The notes beneath the pieces are model-generated. The model worked only from the letters and a program-made list of their open reading frames with translations. It made no database searches and had not been told where the DNA came from. From Eledone cirrhosa (lineage: Eukaryota): a stretch of DNA of 64,000 bases. Numbering within the stretch: position 1 is the stretch's first letter; every line of letters begins with the position of its first letter. The position numbers and the translations under genes are program-made. Below are positions 36,301-51,300 of the stretch, in pieces. The stretch is taken from contig CAXHJY010001001.1 of the NCBI GenBank assembly GCA_964016885.1, positions 62,001-126,000 on the forward strand, given 5' to 3'.

Positions 36301-39300
36301 GTGTGTTGGCTCAGACAGAGACCAGCAGCTAGAGGTGTGTTGGCTCGGACAGAGACCAGGAGCTAGAGGTGTGTTGGCTCGGACAGAGACCAGCGGCTAG
36401 AGGTGTGTTGGCTCGGACAGAGACCAACGGCTAGAGGTGTGTTGGCTCAGACAGAGACCAGCAGCTAGAGGTGTGTTGGCTCGGACAGAGACCAGCGGCT
36501 AGAGGTGTGTTGGCTCGGACAGAGACCAACGGCTAGAGGAGTGTTGGCTCGGACAGAGACCAGCAGCTAGAGGTGTGTTGGCTCAGACAGAGACCAGCGG
36601 CTAGAGGTGTGTTGGCTCAGACAGAGACCAGCAGCTAGAGGTGTGTTGGCTCAGACAGAGACCAGCGGCTAGAGATGTGTTGGCTCGGACAGAGACCAGC
36701 GGCTAGAGGTGTGTTGACTCGGACAGAGACCAGCGGCTAGAGGTGTGTTGGCTCGGACAGAGACCAGCGGCTAGAGGGGTGTTGGCTCGGACAGAGACCA
36801 GCAGCTAGAGGTGTGTTGGCTCGGACAGAGACCAGCAGCTAGAGGTGTGTTGGCTCGGACAGAGACCAGCAGCTAGAGGTGTGTTGGCTCGGACAGAGAC
36901 CAGCAGCTAGAGGTGTGTTGGCTCGGACAGAGACCAGCGGCTAGAGGTGTGTTGGCTCGGACAGAGACCAACGGCTAGAGGTGTGTTGGCTCGGACAGAG
37001 CCCAGCAGCTAGAGGTGTGTTGCCTCGGACAGAGACCAGCAGCTAGAGGTGTGTTGGCTCGGACACAGACCAGCAGCTAGAGGTGTGTTGGCTCGGACAG
37101 AGACCAGCAGCTAGAGGTGTGTTGGCTCGGACAGAGACCAGCAGCTAGAGGTGTGTTGGCTCGGACAGAGACCAGTGGCTAGAGGTGTGTTGACTCGGAC
37201 AGAGACCAGCGGCTAGAGGTGTGTTGGCTCAGACAGAGACCAGCGGCTAGAGGTGTGTTGGCTCAGACAGAGATCAGCGGCTAGAGGTGTGTTGGCTCGG
37301 ACAGAGACCAGCAGCTAGAGGTGTGTTGGCTCAGACAGAGACCAGCGGCTAGAGGTGTGTTGGCTCAGACAGAGACCAGCGGCTAGAGGTGTGTTGACTC
37401 GGACAGAGACCAGCGGCTAGAGGTGTGTTGGCTTGGACAGAGACCAGCAGCTAGAGGTGTGTTGGCTCAGACAGAGACCAGCGGCTAGAGGTGTGTTGGC
37501 TCAGACAGAGACCAGCGGCTAGAGGTGTGTTGGCTCGGACAGAGATCAGCAGCTAGAGGTGTGTTGGCTCAGACAGAGACCAGCAGCTAGAGGTGTGTTG
37601 GCTCGGACAGAGACCAGCGGCTAGAGATGTGTTGGCTCGGACAGAGACCAGCGGCTAGAGGTGTGTTGACTCAGACAGAGACCAGCGGCTAGAGGTGTGT
37701 TGGCTCAGACAGAGACCAGCAGCTAGAGGTGTGTTGACTCGGACAGAGACCAGCAGCTAGAGGTGTGTTGGCTCGGACAGAGACCAACGGCTAGAGGTGT
37801 GTTGGCTCAGACAGAGACCAGTGGCTAGAGGTGTGTTGGCTCGGACAGAGACCAGCGGCTAGAGGAGTGTTGCCTCGGACAGAGACCAGTGGCTAGATAA
37901 GTGTTGACTCGGACAGAGACCAGCAGCTAGAGGTGTGTTGGCTCGGACAGAGACCAGCGGCTAGAGATGTGTTGGCTCGGACAGAGACCAGCGGCTAGAG
38001 GTGTGTTGACTCAGACAGAGACCTGAGGCTAGAGGTGTGTTGGCTCAGACAGAGACCAGCAGCTAGAGGTGTGTTGACTCGGACAGAGACCAGCAGCTAG
38101 AGGTGTGTTGGCTCGGACAGAGACCAACGGCTAGAGGTGTGTTGGCTCAGACAGAGACCAGTGGCTAGAGGTGTGTTGGCTCGGACAGAGACCAGCGGCT
38201 AGAGGAGTGTTGCCTCGGACAGAGACCAGTGGCTAGATGAGTGTTGACTCGGACAGAGACCAGCAGCTAGAGGTGTGTTGACTCGGACAGAGACCAGCGG
38301 CTAGAGAAGTGTTGACTCGGACAGAGACCAGTGGCTAGATGAGTGTTGACTCGGACAGAGACCAGTGGCTAGAGGTGTGTTGACTCGGACAGAGACCAGC
38401 GGCTAGAGGAGTGTTGACTCGGACAGAGACCAGCGGCTAGAGGAGTGTTGACTCGGACAGAGACCAGTGGCTAGAGGTGTGTTGACTCGGACAGAGGCCA
38501 GCAGCTAGAGGTGTGTTGACTCGGACAGAGACCAGCGGCTAGAGGTGTGTTGGCTCAGACAGAGACCAGCGGCTAGAGGTGTGTTGGCTCAGACAGAGAT
38601 CAGCGGCTAGAGGTGTTTTGGCTCGGACAGAGACCAGCAGCTAGAGGTGTGTTGGCTCAGACAGAGACCAGCGGCTAGAGGTGTGTTGGCTCAGACAGAG
38701 ACCAGCGGCTAGAGGTGTGTTGACTCGGACAGAGACCAGCGGCTAGAGGTGTGTTGGCTTGGACAGAGACCAGCAGCTAGAGGTGTGTTGGCTCAGACAG
38801 AGACCAGCGGCTAGAGGTGTGTTGGCTCAGACAGAGACCAGCGGCTAGAGGTGTGTTGGCTCGGACAGAGATCAGCAGCTAGAGGTGTGTTGGCTCAGAC
38901 AGAGACCAGCAGCTAGAGGTGTGTTGGCTCGGACAGAGACCAGCGGCTAGAGATGTGTTGGCTCGGACAGTGACCAGCGGCTAGAGGTGTGTTGACTCAG
39001 ACAGAGACCAGCGGCTAGAGGTGTGTTGGCTCAGACAGAGACCAGCAGCTAGAGGTGTGTTGACTCGGACAGAGACCAGCAGCTAGAGGTGTGTTGGCTC
39101 GGACAGAGACCAACGGCTAGAGGTGTGTTGGCTCAGACAGAGACCAGTGGCTAGAGGTGTGTTGGCTCGGACAGAGACCAGCGGCTAGAGGAGTGTTGCC
39201 TCGGACAGAGACCAGTGGCTAGATGAGTGTTGACTCGGACAGAGACCAGCAGCTAGAGGTGTGTTGACTCGGACAGAGACCAGCGGCTAGAGGAGTGTTG

Positions 39301-42300
39301 ACTCGGACAGAGACCAGTGGCTAGATGAGTGTTGACTCGGACAGAGATCAGTGGCTAGAGGTGTGTTGACTCGGACAGAGACCAGCGGCTAGAGGAGTGT
39401 TGACTCGGACAGAGACCAGCGGCTAGAGGAGTGTTGACTCGGACAGAGACCAGTGGCTAGAGGTGTGTTGACTCGGACAGAGGCCAGCAGCTAGAGGTGT
39501 GTTGACTCGGACAGAGACCAGCGGCTAGAGGTGTGTTACCTCGGACAGAGACCAGCAGCTAGAGGTGTGTTGGCTCGGACAGAGACCAGCGGCTAGAGGT
39601 GTGTTGGCTCGGACAGAGACCAGTGGCTAGAGGTGTGTTGGCTCGGACAGAGACCAGTGTAGAGGAGTGTTGACTCGGACAGAGACCAGTGGCTAGAGGT
39701 GTGTTGGCTCGGACAGAGACCAGCGGCTAGAGGTGTGTTGGCTCGGACAGAGACCAGCAGCTAGAGGTGTGTTGGCTCAGACAGAGACCAGCAGCTAGAG
39801 GTGTGTTGGCTCAGACAGAGACCAGCAGCTAGAGGTGTGTTGGCTCGGACAGAGACCAACGGCTAGAGGTGTGTTGGCTCAGACAGAGACCAGCGGCTAG
39901 AGGTGTGTTGGCTCAGACAGAGACCAGTGGCTAAAGGTGTGTTGGCTCAGACAGAGACCAGCGGCTAGAGGTGTGTTGGCTCGGACAGAGACCAGCAGCT
40001 AGAGGTGTGTTGGCTCAGACAGAGACCAGCAGCTAGAGGTGTGTTGGCTCGGACAGAGACCAGGAGCTAGAGGTGTGTTGGCTCGGACAGAGACCAGCGG
40101 CTAGAGGTGTGTTGGCTCGGACAGAGACCAACGGCTAGAGGTGTGTTGGCTCAGACAGAGACCAGCAGCTAGAGGTGTGTTGGCTCGGACAGAGACCAGC
40201 GGCTAGAGGTGTGTTGGCTCGGACAGAGACCAACGGCTAGAGGAGTGTTGGCTCGGACAGAGACCAGCAGCTAGAGGTGTGTTGGCTCAGACAGAGACCA
40301 GCGGCTAGAGGTGTGTTGGCTCAGACAGAGACCAGCAGCTAGAGGTGTGTTGGCTCAGACAGAGACCAGCGGCTAGAGATGTGTTGGCTCGGACAGAGAC
40401 CAGCGGCTAGAGGTGTGTTGACTCGGACAGAGACCAGCGGCTAGAGGTGTGTTGGCTCGGACAGAGACCAGCGGCTAGAGGGGTGTTGGCTCGGACAGAG
40501 ACCAGCAGCTAGAGGTGTGTTGGCTCGGACAGAGACCAGCAGCTAGAGGTGTGTTGGCTCGGACAGAGACCAGCAGCTAGAGGTGTGTTGGCTCGGACAG
40601 AGACCAGCAGCTAGAGGTGTGTTGGCTCGGACAGAGACCAGCGGCTAGAGGTGTGTTGGCTCGGACAGAGACCAACGGCTAGAGGTGTGTTGGCTCGGAC
40701 AGAGACCAGTAGCTAGAGGTGTGTTGCCTCGGACAGAGACCAGCAGCTAGAGGTGTGTTGGCTCGGACACAGACCAGCAGCTAGAGGTGTGTTGGCTCGG
40801 ACAGAGACCAGCAGCTAGAGGTGTGTTGGCTCGGACAGAGACCAGCAGCTAGAGGTGTGTTGGCTCGGACAGAGACCAGTGGCTAGAGGTGTGTTGACTC
40901 GGACAGAGACCAGCGGCTAGAGGTGTGTTGGCTCAGACAGAGACCAGCGGCTAGAGGTGTGTTGGCTCAGACAGAGATCAGCGGCTAGAGGTGTGTTGGC
41001 TCGGACAGAGACCAGCAGCTAGAGGTGTGTTGGCTCAGACAGAGACCAGCGGCTAGAGGTGTGTTGGCTCAGACAGAGACCAGCGGCTAGAGGTGTGTAG
41101 ACTCGGACAGAGACCAGCGGCTAGAGGTGTGTTGGCTTGGACAGAGACCAGCAGCTAGAGGTGTGTTGGCTCAGACAGAGACCAGCGGCTAGAGGTGTGT
41201 TGGCTCAGACAGAGACCAGCGGCTAGAGGTGTGTTGGCTCGGACAGAGATCAGCAGCTAGAGGTGTGTTGGCTCAGACAGAGACCAGCAGCTAGAGGTGT
41301 GTTGGCTCGGACAGAGACCAGCGGCTAGAGATGTGTTGGCTCGGACAGAGACCAGCGGCTAGAGGTGTGTTGACTCAGACAGAGACCAGCGGCTAGAGGT
41401 GTGTTGGCTCAGACAGAGACCAGCAGCTAGAGGTGTGTTGACTCGGACAGAGACCAGCAGCTAGAGGTGTGTTGGCTCGGACAGAGACCAACGGCTAGAG
41501 GTGTGTTGGCTCAGACAGAGACCAGTGGCTAGAGGTGTGTTGGCTCGGACAGAGACCAGCGGCTAGAGGAGTGTTGCCTCGGACAGAGACCAGTGGCTAG
41601 ATAAGTGTTGACTCGGACAGAGACCAGCAGCTAGAGGTGTGTTGACTCGGACAGAGACCAGCGGCTAGAGGAGTGTTGACTCGGACAGAGACCAGTGGCT
41701 AGATGAGTGTTGACTCGGACAGAGACCAGTGGCTAGAGGTGTGTTGACTCGGACAGAGACCAGCGGCTAGAGGAGTGTTGACTCGGACAGAGACCAGCGG
41801 CTAGAGGAGTGTTGACTCGGACAGAGACCAGTGGCTAGAGGTGTGTTGACTCGGACAGAGGCCAGCAGCTAGAGGTGTGTTGACTCGGACAGAGACCAGC
41901 GGCTAGAGGTGTGTTACCTCGGACAGAGACCAGCAGCTAGAGGTGTGTTGGCTCGGATAGAGACCAGCGGCTAGAGGTGTGTTGGCTCGGACAGAGACCA
42001 GTGGCTAGAGGTGTGTTGGCTCGGACAGAGACCAGTGTAGAGGAGTGTTGACTCGGACAGAGACCAGTGGCTAGAGGTGTGTTGGCTCGGACAGAGACCA
42101 GCGGCTAGAGGTGTGCCGGCTCGGACAGAGACCAGCGGCTAGAGGTGTGTCGGCTCGGACAGAGACCAGCGGCTAGAGGTGTGTTGGCTCGGACAGAGAC
42201 CAGCAGCTAGAGGAGTGTTGGCTCGGACAGAGACCAGTGGCTAGAGGTGTGTTGGCTCGGACAGAGACCAGCGGCTAGAGGTGTGTTCGCTCGGACAGAG

Positions 42301-45300
42301 ACCAGTGTAGAGGTGTGTTGGCTCGGACAGAGACCAGCAGCTAGAGGTGTGTTGGCTCGGACAGAGACCAGTGTAGAGGAGTGTTGGCTCGGACAGAGAC
42401 CAGTGGCTAGAGGTGTGTTGGCTCGGACAGAGACCAGTGGCTAGAGGAGTGTTGGCTCGGACAGAGACCAGTGGCTAGAGGTGTATTGGCTCAGACAGAG
42501 ACCAGCGGCTAGAGGTGTGTTGGCTCAGACAGAGACCAGCAGCTAGAGGTGTGTTGACTCGGACAGAGACCAGCAGCTAGAGGTGTGTTGGCTCGGACAG
42601 AGACCAACGGCTAGAGGTGTGTTGGCTCAGACAGAGACCAGTGGCTAGAGGTGTGTTGGCTCGGACAGAGACCAGCGGCTAGAGGAGTGTTGACTCGGAC
42701 AGAGACCAGTGGCTAGATGAGTGTTGACTCGGACAGAGACCAGCAGCTAGAGGTGTGTTGACTCGGACAGAGACCAGCGGCTAGAGGAGTGTTGACTCGG
42801 ACAGAGACCAGTGGCTAGATGAGTGTTGACTCGGACAGAGACCAGTGGCTAGAGGTGTGTTGACTCGGACAGAGACCAGCGGCTAGAGGAGTGTTGACTC
42901 GGACAGAGACCAGCGGCTAGAGGAGTGTTGACTCGGACAGAGACCAGTGGCTAGAGGTGTGTTGACTCGGACAGAGGCCAGCAGCTAGAGGTGTGTTGAC
43001 TCGGACCGAGACCAGCGGCTAGAGGTGTGTTACCTCGGACAGAGACCAGCAGCTAGAGGTGTGTTGGCTCGGACAGAGACCAGCGGCTAGATGTGTGTTG
43101 GCTCGGACAGAGACCAGTGGCTAGAGGTGTGTTGGCTCGGACAGAGACCAGTGTAGAGGAGTGTTGACTCGGACAGAGACCAGTGGCTAGAGGTGTGTTG
43201 GCTCGGACAGAGACCAGCGGCTAGAGGTGTGTCGGCTCGGACAGAGACCAGCGGCTAGAGGTGTGTCGGTTCGGACAGAGACCAGCGGCTAGAGGTGTGT
43301 TGGCTCGGACAGAGACCAGCAGCTAGAGGAGTGTTGGCTCGGACAGAGACCAGTGGCTAGAGGTGTGTTGGCTCGGACAGAGACCAGCGGCTAGAGGTGT
43401 GTTGGCTCGGACAGAGACCAGTGGCTAGAGGTGTGTTGGCTCGGACCGTGACCAGTGTAGAGGAGTGTTGGCTCGGACAGAGACCAGTGGCTAGAGGTGT
43501 GTTGGCTCGGACAGAGACCAGTGGCTAGAGGAGTGTTGGCTCGGACAGAGACCAGTGGCTAGAGGTGTATTGGCTCGGACAGAGACCAGTGGCTAGAGGT
43601 GTGTTGGCTTGGACAGAGACCAGTGGCTAGAGGTGTGTTGGCTCGGACAGAGACCAGCGGCTAGAGGTGTGTTGGCTCGGACAGAGACCAGTGGCTAGAG
43701 GTGTGTTGGCTCGGACAGAGACCAGTGGCTAGAGGTGTGTTGGCTCGGACAGAGACCAGTGGCTAGAGGTGTGTTGGCTCGGACAGAGACCAGCGGCTAG
43801 AGGTGTGTTGGCTCGGACAGAGACCAGTGGCTAGAGGTGTGTTGGCTCGGACAGAGACCAGCAGCTAGAGGAGTGTTGGCTCGGACAGAGACCAGCAGCT
43901 AGAGGTGTGTTGACTCGGACAGAGACCAGTGGCTAGAGGTGTGTTGGCTCGGACAGAGACCAGCAGCTAGAGGTGTGTTGGCTCAGACAGAGACCAGCAG
44001 CTAGAGGTGTGTTGGCTCGGACAGAGACCAACGGCTAGAGGTGTGTTGGCTCAGACAGAGACCAGCAGCTAGAGGTGTGTTGGCTCGGACAGAGACCAGC
44101 AGCTAGAGGTGTGTTGGCTCAGACAGAGACCAGCAGCTAGAGGTGTGTTGGCTCAGACAGAGACCAGCAGCTAGAGGTGTGTTGGCTCGGACAGAGACCA
44201 ACGGCTAGAGGTGTGTTGGCTCAGACAGAGACCAGCGGCTAGAGGTGTGTTGGCTCAGACAGAGACCAGTGGCTAAAGGTGTGTTGGCTCAGACAGAGAC
44301 CAGCGGCTAGAGGTGTGTTGGCTCAGACAGAGACCAGCGGCTAGAGGTGTGTTGGCTCGGACAGAGACCAGCAGCTAGAGGTGTGTTGGCTCAGACAGAG
44401 ACCAGCAGCTAGAGGTGTGTTGGCTCGGACAGAGACCAGCGGCTAGAGGTGTGTTGGCTCGGACAGAGACCAACGGCTAGAGGTGTGTTGGCTCAGACAG
44501 AGACCAGCAGCTAGAGGTGTGTTGGCTCGGACAGAGACCAGCGGCTAGAGGTGTGTTGGCTCGGACAGAGACCAACGGCTAGAGGAGTGTTGGCTCGGAC
44601 AGAGACCAGCAGCTAGAGGTGTGTTGGCTCAGACAGAGACCAGCGGCTAGAGGTGTGTTGGCTCAGACAGAGACCAGCAGCTAGAGGTGTGTTGGCTCAG
44701 ACAGAGACCAGCGGCTAGAGATGTGTTGGCTCGGACAGAGACCAGCGGCTAGAGGTGTGTTGACTCGGACAGAGACCAGCGGCTAGAGGTGTGTTGGCTC
44801 GGACAGAGACCAGCGGCTAGAGGGGTGTTGGCTCGGACAGAGACCAGCAGCTAGAGGTGTGTTGGCTCGGACAGAGACCAGCAGCTAGAGGTGTGTTGGC
44901 TCGGACAGAGACCAGCAGCAAGAGGTGTGTTGGCTCGGACAGAGACCAGCAGCTAGAGGTGTGTTGGCTCGGACAGAGACCAGCGGCTAGAGGTGTGTTG
45001 GCTCGGACAGAGACCAACGGCTAGAGGTGTGTTGGCTCGGACAGAGACCAGCAGCTAGAGGTGTGTTGGCTCGGACAGAGACCAGCAGCTAGAGGTGTGT
45101 TGGCTCGGACAGAGACCAGCAGCTAGAGGTGTGTTGGCTCGGACAGAGACCAGTGGCTAGAGGTGTGTTGACTCGGACAGAGACCAGCGGCTAGAGGTGT
45201 GTTGGCTCGGACAGAGACCAGCGGCTAGAGGTGTGTTGGCTCGGACAGAGACCAGCAGCTAGAGGTGTGTTGACTCGGACAGAGACCAGCGGCTAGAGGT

Positions 45301-48300
45301 GTGTTGGCTCAGACAGAGACCAGCGGCTAGAGGTGTGTTGGCTCAGACAGAGATCAGCGGCTAGAGGTGTGTTGGCTCGGACAGAGACCAGCAGCTAGAG
45401 GTGTGTTGGCTCAGACAGAGACCAGCGGCTAGAGGTGTGTTGGCTCAGACAGAGACCAGCGGCTAGAGGTGTGTTGACTCGGACAGAGACCAGCGGCTAG
45501 AGGTGTGTTGGCTCGGACAGAGACCAGCAGCTAGAGGTGTGTTGGCTCAGACAGAGACCAGCGGCTAGAGGTGTGTTGGCTCAGACAGAGACCAGCGGCT
45601 AGAGGTGTGTTGGCTCGGACAGAGATCAGCAGCTAGAGGTGTGTTGGCTCAGACAGAGACCAGCAGCTAGAGGTGTGTTGGCTCGGACAGAGACCAGCGG
45701 CTAGAGATGTGTTGGCTCGGACAGAGACCAGCGGCTAGAGGTGTGTTGACTCAGACAGAGACCAGCGGCTAGAGGTGTGTTGGCTCAGACAGAGACCAGC
45801 AGCTAGAGGTGTGTTGACTCGGACAGAGACCAGCAGCTAGAGGTGTGTTGGCTCGGACAGAGACCAACGGCTAGAGGTGTGTTGGCTCAGACAGAGACCA
45901 GTGGCTAGAGGTGTGTTGGCTCGGACAGAGACCAGCGGCTAGAGGAGTGTTGCCTCGGACAGAGACCAGTGGCTAGATGAGTGTTGACTCGGACAGAGAC
46001 CAGCAGCTAGAGGTGTGTTGACTCGGACAGAGACCAGCGGCTAGAGGAGTGTTGACTCGGACAGAGACCAGTGGCTAGATGAGTGTTGACTCGGACAGAG
46101 ACCAGTGGCTAGAGGTGTGTTGACTCGGACAGAGACCAGCGGCTAGAGGAGTGTTGACTCGGACAGAGACCAGCGGCTAGAGGAGTGTTGACTCGGACAG
46201 AGACCAGTGGCTAGAGGTGTGTTGACTCGGACAGAGGCCAGCAGCTAGAGGTGTGTTGACTCGGACAGAGACCAGCGGCTAGAGGTGTGTTACCTCGGAC
46301 AGAGACCAGCAGCTAGAGGTGTGTTGGCTCGGACAGAGACCAGCGGCTAGAGGTGTGTTGGCTCGGACAGAGACCAGTGGCTAGAGGTGTGTTGGCTCGG
46401 ACAGAGACCAGTGTAGAGGAGTGTTGACTCGGACAGAGTCCAGTGGCTAGAGGTGTGTTGGCTCGGACAGAGACCAGCGGCTAGAGGTGTGTCGGCTCGG
46501 ACAGAGACCAGCGGCTAGAGGTGTGTCGGCTCGGACAGAGACCAGCGGCTAGAGGTGTGTTGGCTCGGACAGAGACCAGCAGCTAGAGGAGTGTTGGCTC
46601 GGACAGAGACCAGTGGCTAGAGGTGTGTTGGCTCGGACAGAGACCAGCGGCTAGAGGTGTGTTCGCTCGGACAGAGACCAGTGTAGAGGTGTGTTGGCTC
46701 GGACAGAGACCAGCAGCTAGAGGTGTGTTGGCTCGGACAGAGACCAGTGTAGAGGAGTGTTGGCTCGGACAGAGACCAGTGGCTAGAGGTGTGTTGGCTC
46801 GGACAGAGACCAGTGGCTAGAGGAGTGTTGGCTCGGACAGAGACCAGTGGCTAGAGGTGTATTGGCTCGGACAGAGACCAGTGGCTAGAGGTGTGTTGGC
46901 TTGGACAGAGACCAGTGGCTAGAGGTGTGTTGGCTCGGACAGAGACCAGCGGCTAGAGGTGTGTTGGCTCGGACAGAGACCAGTGGCTAGAGGTGTGTTG
47001 GCTCGGACAGAGACCAGTGGCTAGAGGTGTGTTGGCTAGGACAGAGACCAGTGGCTAGAGGTGTGTTGGCTCGGACAGAGACCAGCGGCTAGAGGTGTGT
47101 TGGCTCGGACAGAGACCAGTGGCTAGAGGTGTGTTGGCTCGGACAGAGACCAGCAGCTAGAGGAGTGTTGGCTCGGACAGAGACCAGCAGCTAGAGGTGT
47201 GTTGACTCGGACAGAGACCAGTGGCTAGAGGTGTGTTGGCTCGGACAGAGACCAGCAGCTAGAGGTGTGTTGGCTCAGACAGAGACCAGCAGCTAGAGGT
47301 GTGTTGGCTCGGACAGAGACCAACGGCTAGAGGTGTGTTGGCTCAGACAGAGACCAGCAGCTAGAGGTGTGTTGGCTCGGACAGAGACCAGCAGCTAGAG
47401 GTGTGTTGGCTCAGACAGAGACCAGCAGCTAGAGGTGTGTTGGCTCAGACAGAGACCAGCAGCTAGAGGTGTGTTGGCTCGGACAGAGACCAACGGCTAG
47501 AGGTGTGTTGGCTCAGACAGAGACCAGCGGCTAGAGGTGTGTTGGCTCAGACAGAGACCAGTGGCTAAAGGTGTGTTGGCTCAGACAGAGACCAGCGGTT
47601 AGAGGTGTGTTGGCCCAGACAGAGACCAGCGGCTAGAGGTGTGTTGGCTCGGACAGAGACCAGCAGCTAGAGGTGTGTTGGCTCGGACAGAGACCAGCAG
47701 CTAGAGGTGTGTTGGCTCGGACAGAGACCAGCGGCTAGAGGTGTGTTGGCTCGGACAGAGACCAACGGCTAGAGGTGTGTTGGCTCAGACAGAGACCAGC
47801 AGCTAGAGGTGTGTTGGCTCGGACAGAGACCAGCGGCTAGAGGTGTGTTGGCTCGGACAGAGACCAACGGCTAGAGGAGTGTTGGCTCGGACAGAGACCA
47901 GCAGCTAGAGGTGTGTTGGCTCAGACAGAGACCAGCGGCTAGAGGTGTGTTGGCTCAGACAGAGACCAGCAGCTAGAGGTGTGTTGGCTCAGACAGAGAC
48001 CAGCGGCTAGAGATGTGTTGGCTCGGACAGAGACCAGCGGCTAGAGGTGTGTTGGCTCGGACAGAGACCAGCGGCTAGAGGTGTGTTGACTCGGACAGAG
48101 ACCAGTGGCTAGATGAGTGTTGACTCGGACAGAGACCAGTGGCTAGAGGTGTGTTGACTCGGACAGAGACCAGCGGCTAGAGGAGTGTTGACTCGGACAG
48201 AGACCAGCGGCTAGAGGAGTGTTGACTCGGACAGAAACCAGTGGCTAGAGGTGTGTTGACTCGGACAGAGGCCAGCAGCTAGAGGTGTGTTGACTCGGAC

Positions 48301-51300
48301 AGAGACCAGCGGCTAGAGGTGTGTTACCTCGGACAGAGACCAGCAGCTAGAGGTGTGTTGGCTCGGACAGAGACCAGCGGCTAGAGGTGTGTTGGCTCGG
48401 ACAGAGACCAGTGGCTAGAGGTGTGTTGGCTCGGACAGAGACCAGTGTAGAGGAGTGTTGACTCGGACAGAGTCCAGTGGCTAGAGGTGTGTTGGCTCGG
48501 ACAGAGACCAGCGGCTAGAGGTGTGTCGGCTCGGACAGAGACCAGCGGCTAGAGGTGTGTCGGCTCGGACAGAGACCAGCGGCTAGAGGTGTGTTGGCTC
48601 GGACAGAGACCAGCAGCTAGAGGAGTGTTGGCTCGGACAGAGACCAGTGGCTAGAGGTGTGTTGGCTCGGACAGAGACCAGCGGCTACAGGTGTGTTCGC
48701 TCGGACAGAGACCAGTGTAGAGGTGTGTTGGCTCGGACAGAGACCAGCAGCTAGAGGTGTGTTGGCTCGGACAGAGACCAGTGTAGAGGAGTGTTGGCTC
48801 GGACAGAGACCAGTGGCTAGAGGTGTGTTGGCTCGGACAGAGACCAGTGGCTAGAGGAGTGTTGGCTCGGACAGAGACCAGTGGCTAGAGGTGTATTGGC
48901 TCGGACAGAGACCAGTGGCTAGAGGTGTGTTGCCTTCGACAGAGACCAGTGGCTAGAGGTGTGTTGGCTCGGACAGAGACCAGCGGCTAGAGGTGTGTTG
49001 GCTCGGACAGAGACCAGTGGCTAGAGGTGTGTTGGCTCGGACAGAGACCAGTGGCTAGAGGTGTGTTGGCTCGGACAGAGACCAGTGGCTAGAGGTGTGT
49101 TGGCTCGGACAGAGACCAGCGGCTAGAGGTGTGTTGGCTCGGACAGAGACCAGTGGCTAGAGGTGTGTTGGCTCGGACAGAGACCAGCAGCTAGAGGAGT
49201 GTTGGCTCGGACAGAGACCAGCAGCTAGAGGTGTGTTGACTCGGACAGAGACCAGTGGCTAGAGGTGTGTTGGCTCGGACAGAGACCAGCAGCTAGAGGT
49301 GTGTTGGCTCAGACAGAGACCAGCAGCTAGAGGTGTGTTGGCTCGGACAGAGACCAACGGCTAGAGGTGTGTTGGCTCAGACAGAGACCAGCAGCTAGAG
49401 GTGTGTTGGCTCGGACAGAGACCAGCAGCTAGAGGTGTGTTGGCTCAGACAGAGACCAGCAGCTAGAGGTGTGTTGGCTCAGACAGAGACCAGCAGCTAG
49501 AGGTGTGTTGGCTCGGACAGAGACCAACGGCTAGAGGTGTGTTGGCTCAGACAGAGACCAGCGGCTAGAGGTGTGTTGGCTCAGACAGAGACCAGTGGCT
49601 AAAGGTGTGTTGGCTCAGACAGAGACCAGCGGCTAGAGGTGTGTTGGCTCAGACAGAGACCAGCGGCTAGAGGTGTGTTGGCTCGGACAGAGACCAGCAG
49701 CTAGAGGTGTGTTGGCTCAGACAGAGACCAGCAGCTAGAGGTGTGTTGGCTCGGACAGAGACCAGCAGCTAGAGGTGTGTTGGCTCGGACAGAGACCAGC
49801 GGCTAGAGGTGTGTTGGCTCGGACAGAGACCAGCAGCTAGAGGTGTGTTCGCTCAGACAGAGACCAGCGGCTAGAGGGGTGTTGGCTCGGACAGAGACCA
49901 GCAGCTAGAGGTGTGTTGGCTCGGACAGAGACCAGCAGCTAGAGGTGTGTTGGCTCGGACAGAGACCAGTGGCTAGAGGTGTGTTGGCTAGGACAGAGAC
50001 CAGTGGCTAGAGGTGTGTTGGCTCGGACAGAGACCAGCGGCTAGAGGTGTGTTGGCTCGGACAGAGACCAGTGGCTAGAGGTGTGTTGGCTCGGACAGAG
50101 ACCAGCAGCTAGAGGAGTGTTGGCTCGGACAGAGACCAGCAGCTAGAGGTGTGTTGACTCGGACAGAGACCAGTGGCTAGAGGTGTGTTGGCTCGGACAG
50201 AGACCAGCAGCTAGAGGTGTGTTGGCTCAGACAGAGACCAGCAGCTAGAGGTGTGTTGGCTCGGACAGAGACCAACGGCTAGAGGTGTGTTGGCTCAGAC
50301 AGAGACCAGCAGCTAGAGGTGTGTTGGCTCGGACAGAGACCAGCAGCTAGAGGTGTGTTGGCTCAGACAGAGACCAGCAGCTAGAGGTGTGTTGGCTCAG
50401 ACAGAGACCAGCAGCTAGAGGTGTGTTGGCTCGGACAGAGACCAACGGCTAGAGGTGTGTTGGCTCAGACAGAGACCAGCGGCTAGAGGTGTGTTGGCTC
50501 AGACAGAGACCAGTGGCTAAAGGTGTGTTGGCTCAGACAGAGACCAGCGGTTAGAGGTGTGTTGGCCCAGACAGAGACCAGCGGCTAGAGGTGTGTTGGC
50601 TCGGACAGAGACCAGCAGCTAGAGGTGTGTTGGCTCGGACAGAGACCAGCAGCTAGAGGTGTGTTGGCTCGGACAGAGACCAGCGGCTAGAGGTGTGTTG
50701 GCTCGGACAGAGACCAACGGCTAGAGGTGTGTTGGCTCAGACAGAGACCAGCAGCTAGAGGTGTGTTGGCTCGGACAGAGACCAGCGGCTAGAGGTGTGT
50801 TGGCTCGGACAGAGACCAACGGCTAGAGGAGTGTTGGCTCGGACAGAGACCAGCAGCTAGAGGTGTGTTGGCTCAGACAGAGACCAGCGGCTAGAGGTGT
50901 GTTGGCTCAGACAGAGACCAGCAGCTAGAGGTGTGTTGGCTCAGACAGAGACCAGCGGCTAGAGATGTGTTGGCTCGGACAGAGACCAGCGGCTAGAGGT
51001 GTGTTGGCTCGGACAGAGACCAGCGGCTAGAGGTGTGTTGACTCGGACAGAGACCAGTGGCTAGATGAGTGTTGACTCGGACAGAGACCAGTGGCTAGAG
51101 GTGTGTTGACTCGGACAGAGACCAGCGGCTAGAGGAGTGTTGACTCGGACAGAGACCAGCGGCTAGAGGAGTGTTGACTCGGACAGAAACCAGTGGCTAG
51201 AGGTGTGTTGACTCGGACAGAGGCCAGCAGCTAGAGGTGTGTTGACTCGGACAGAGACCAGCGGCTAGAGGTGTGTTACCTCGGACAGAGACCAGCAGCT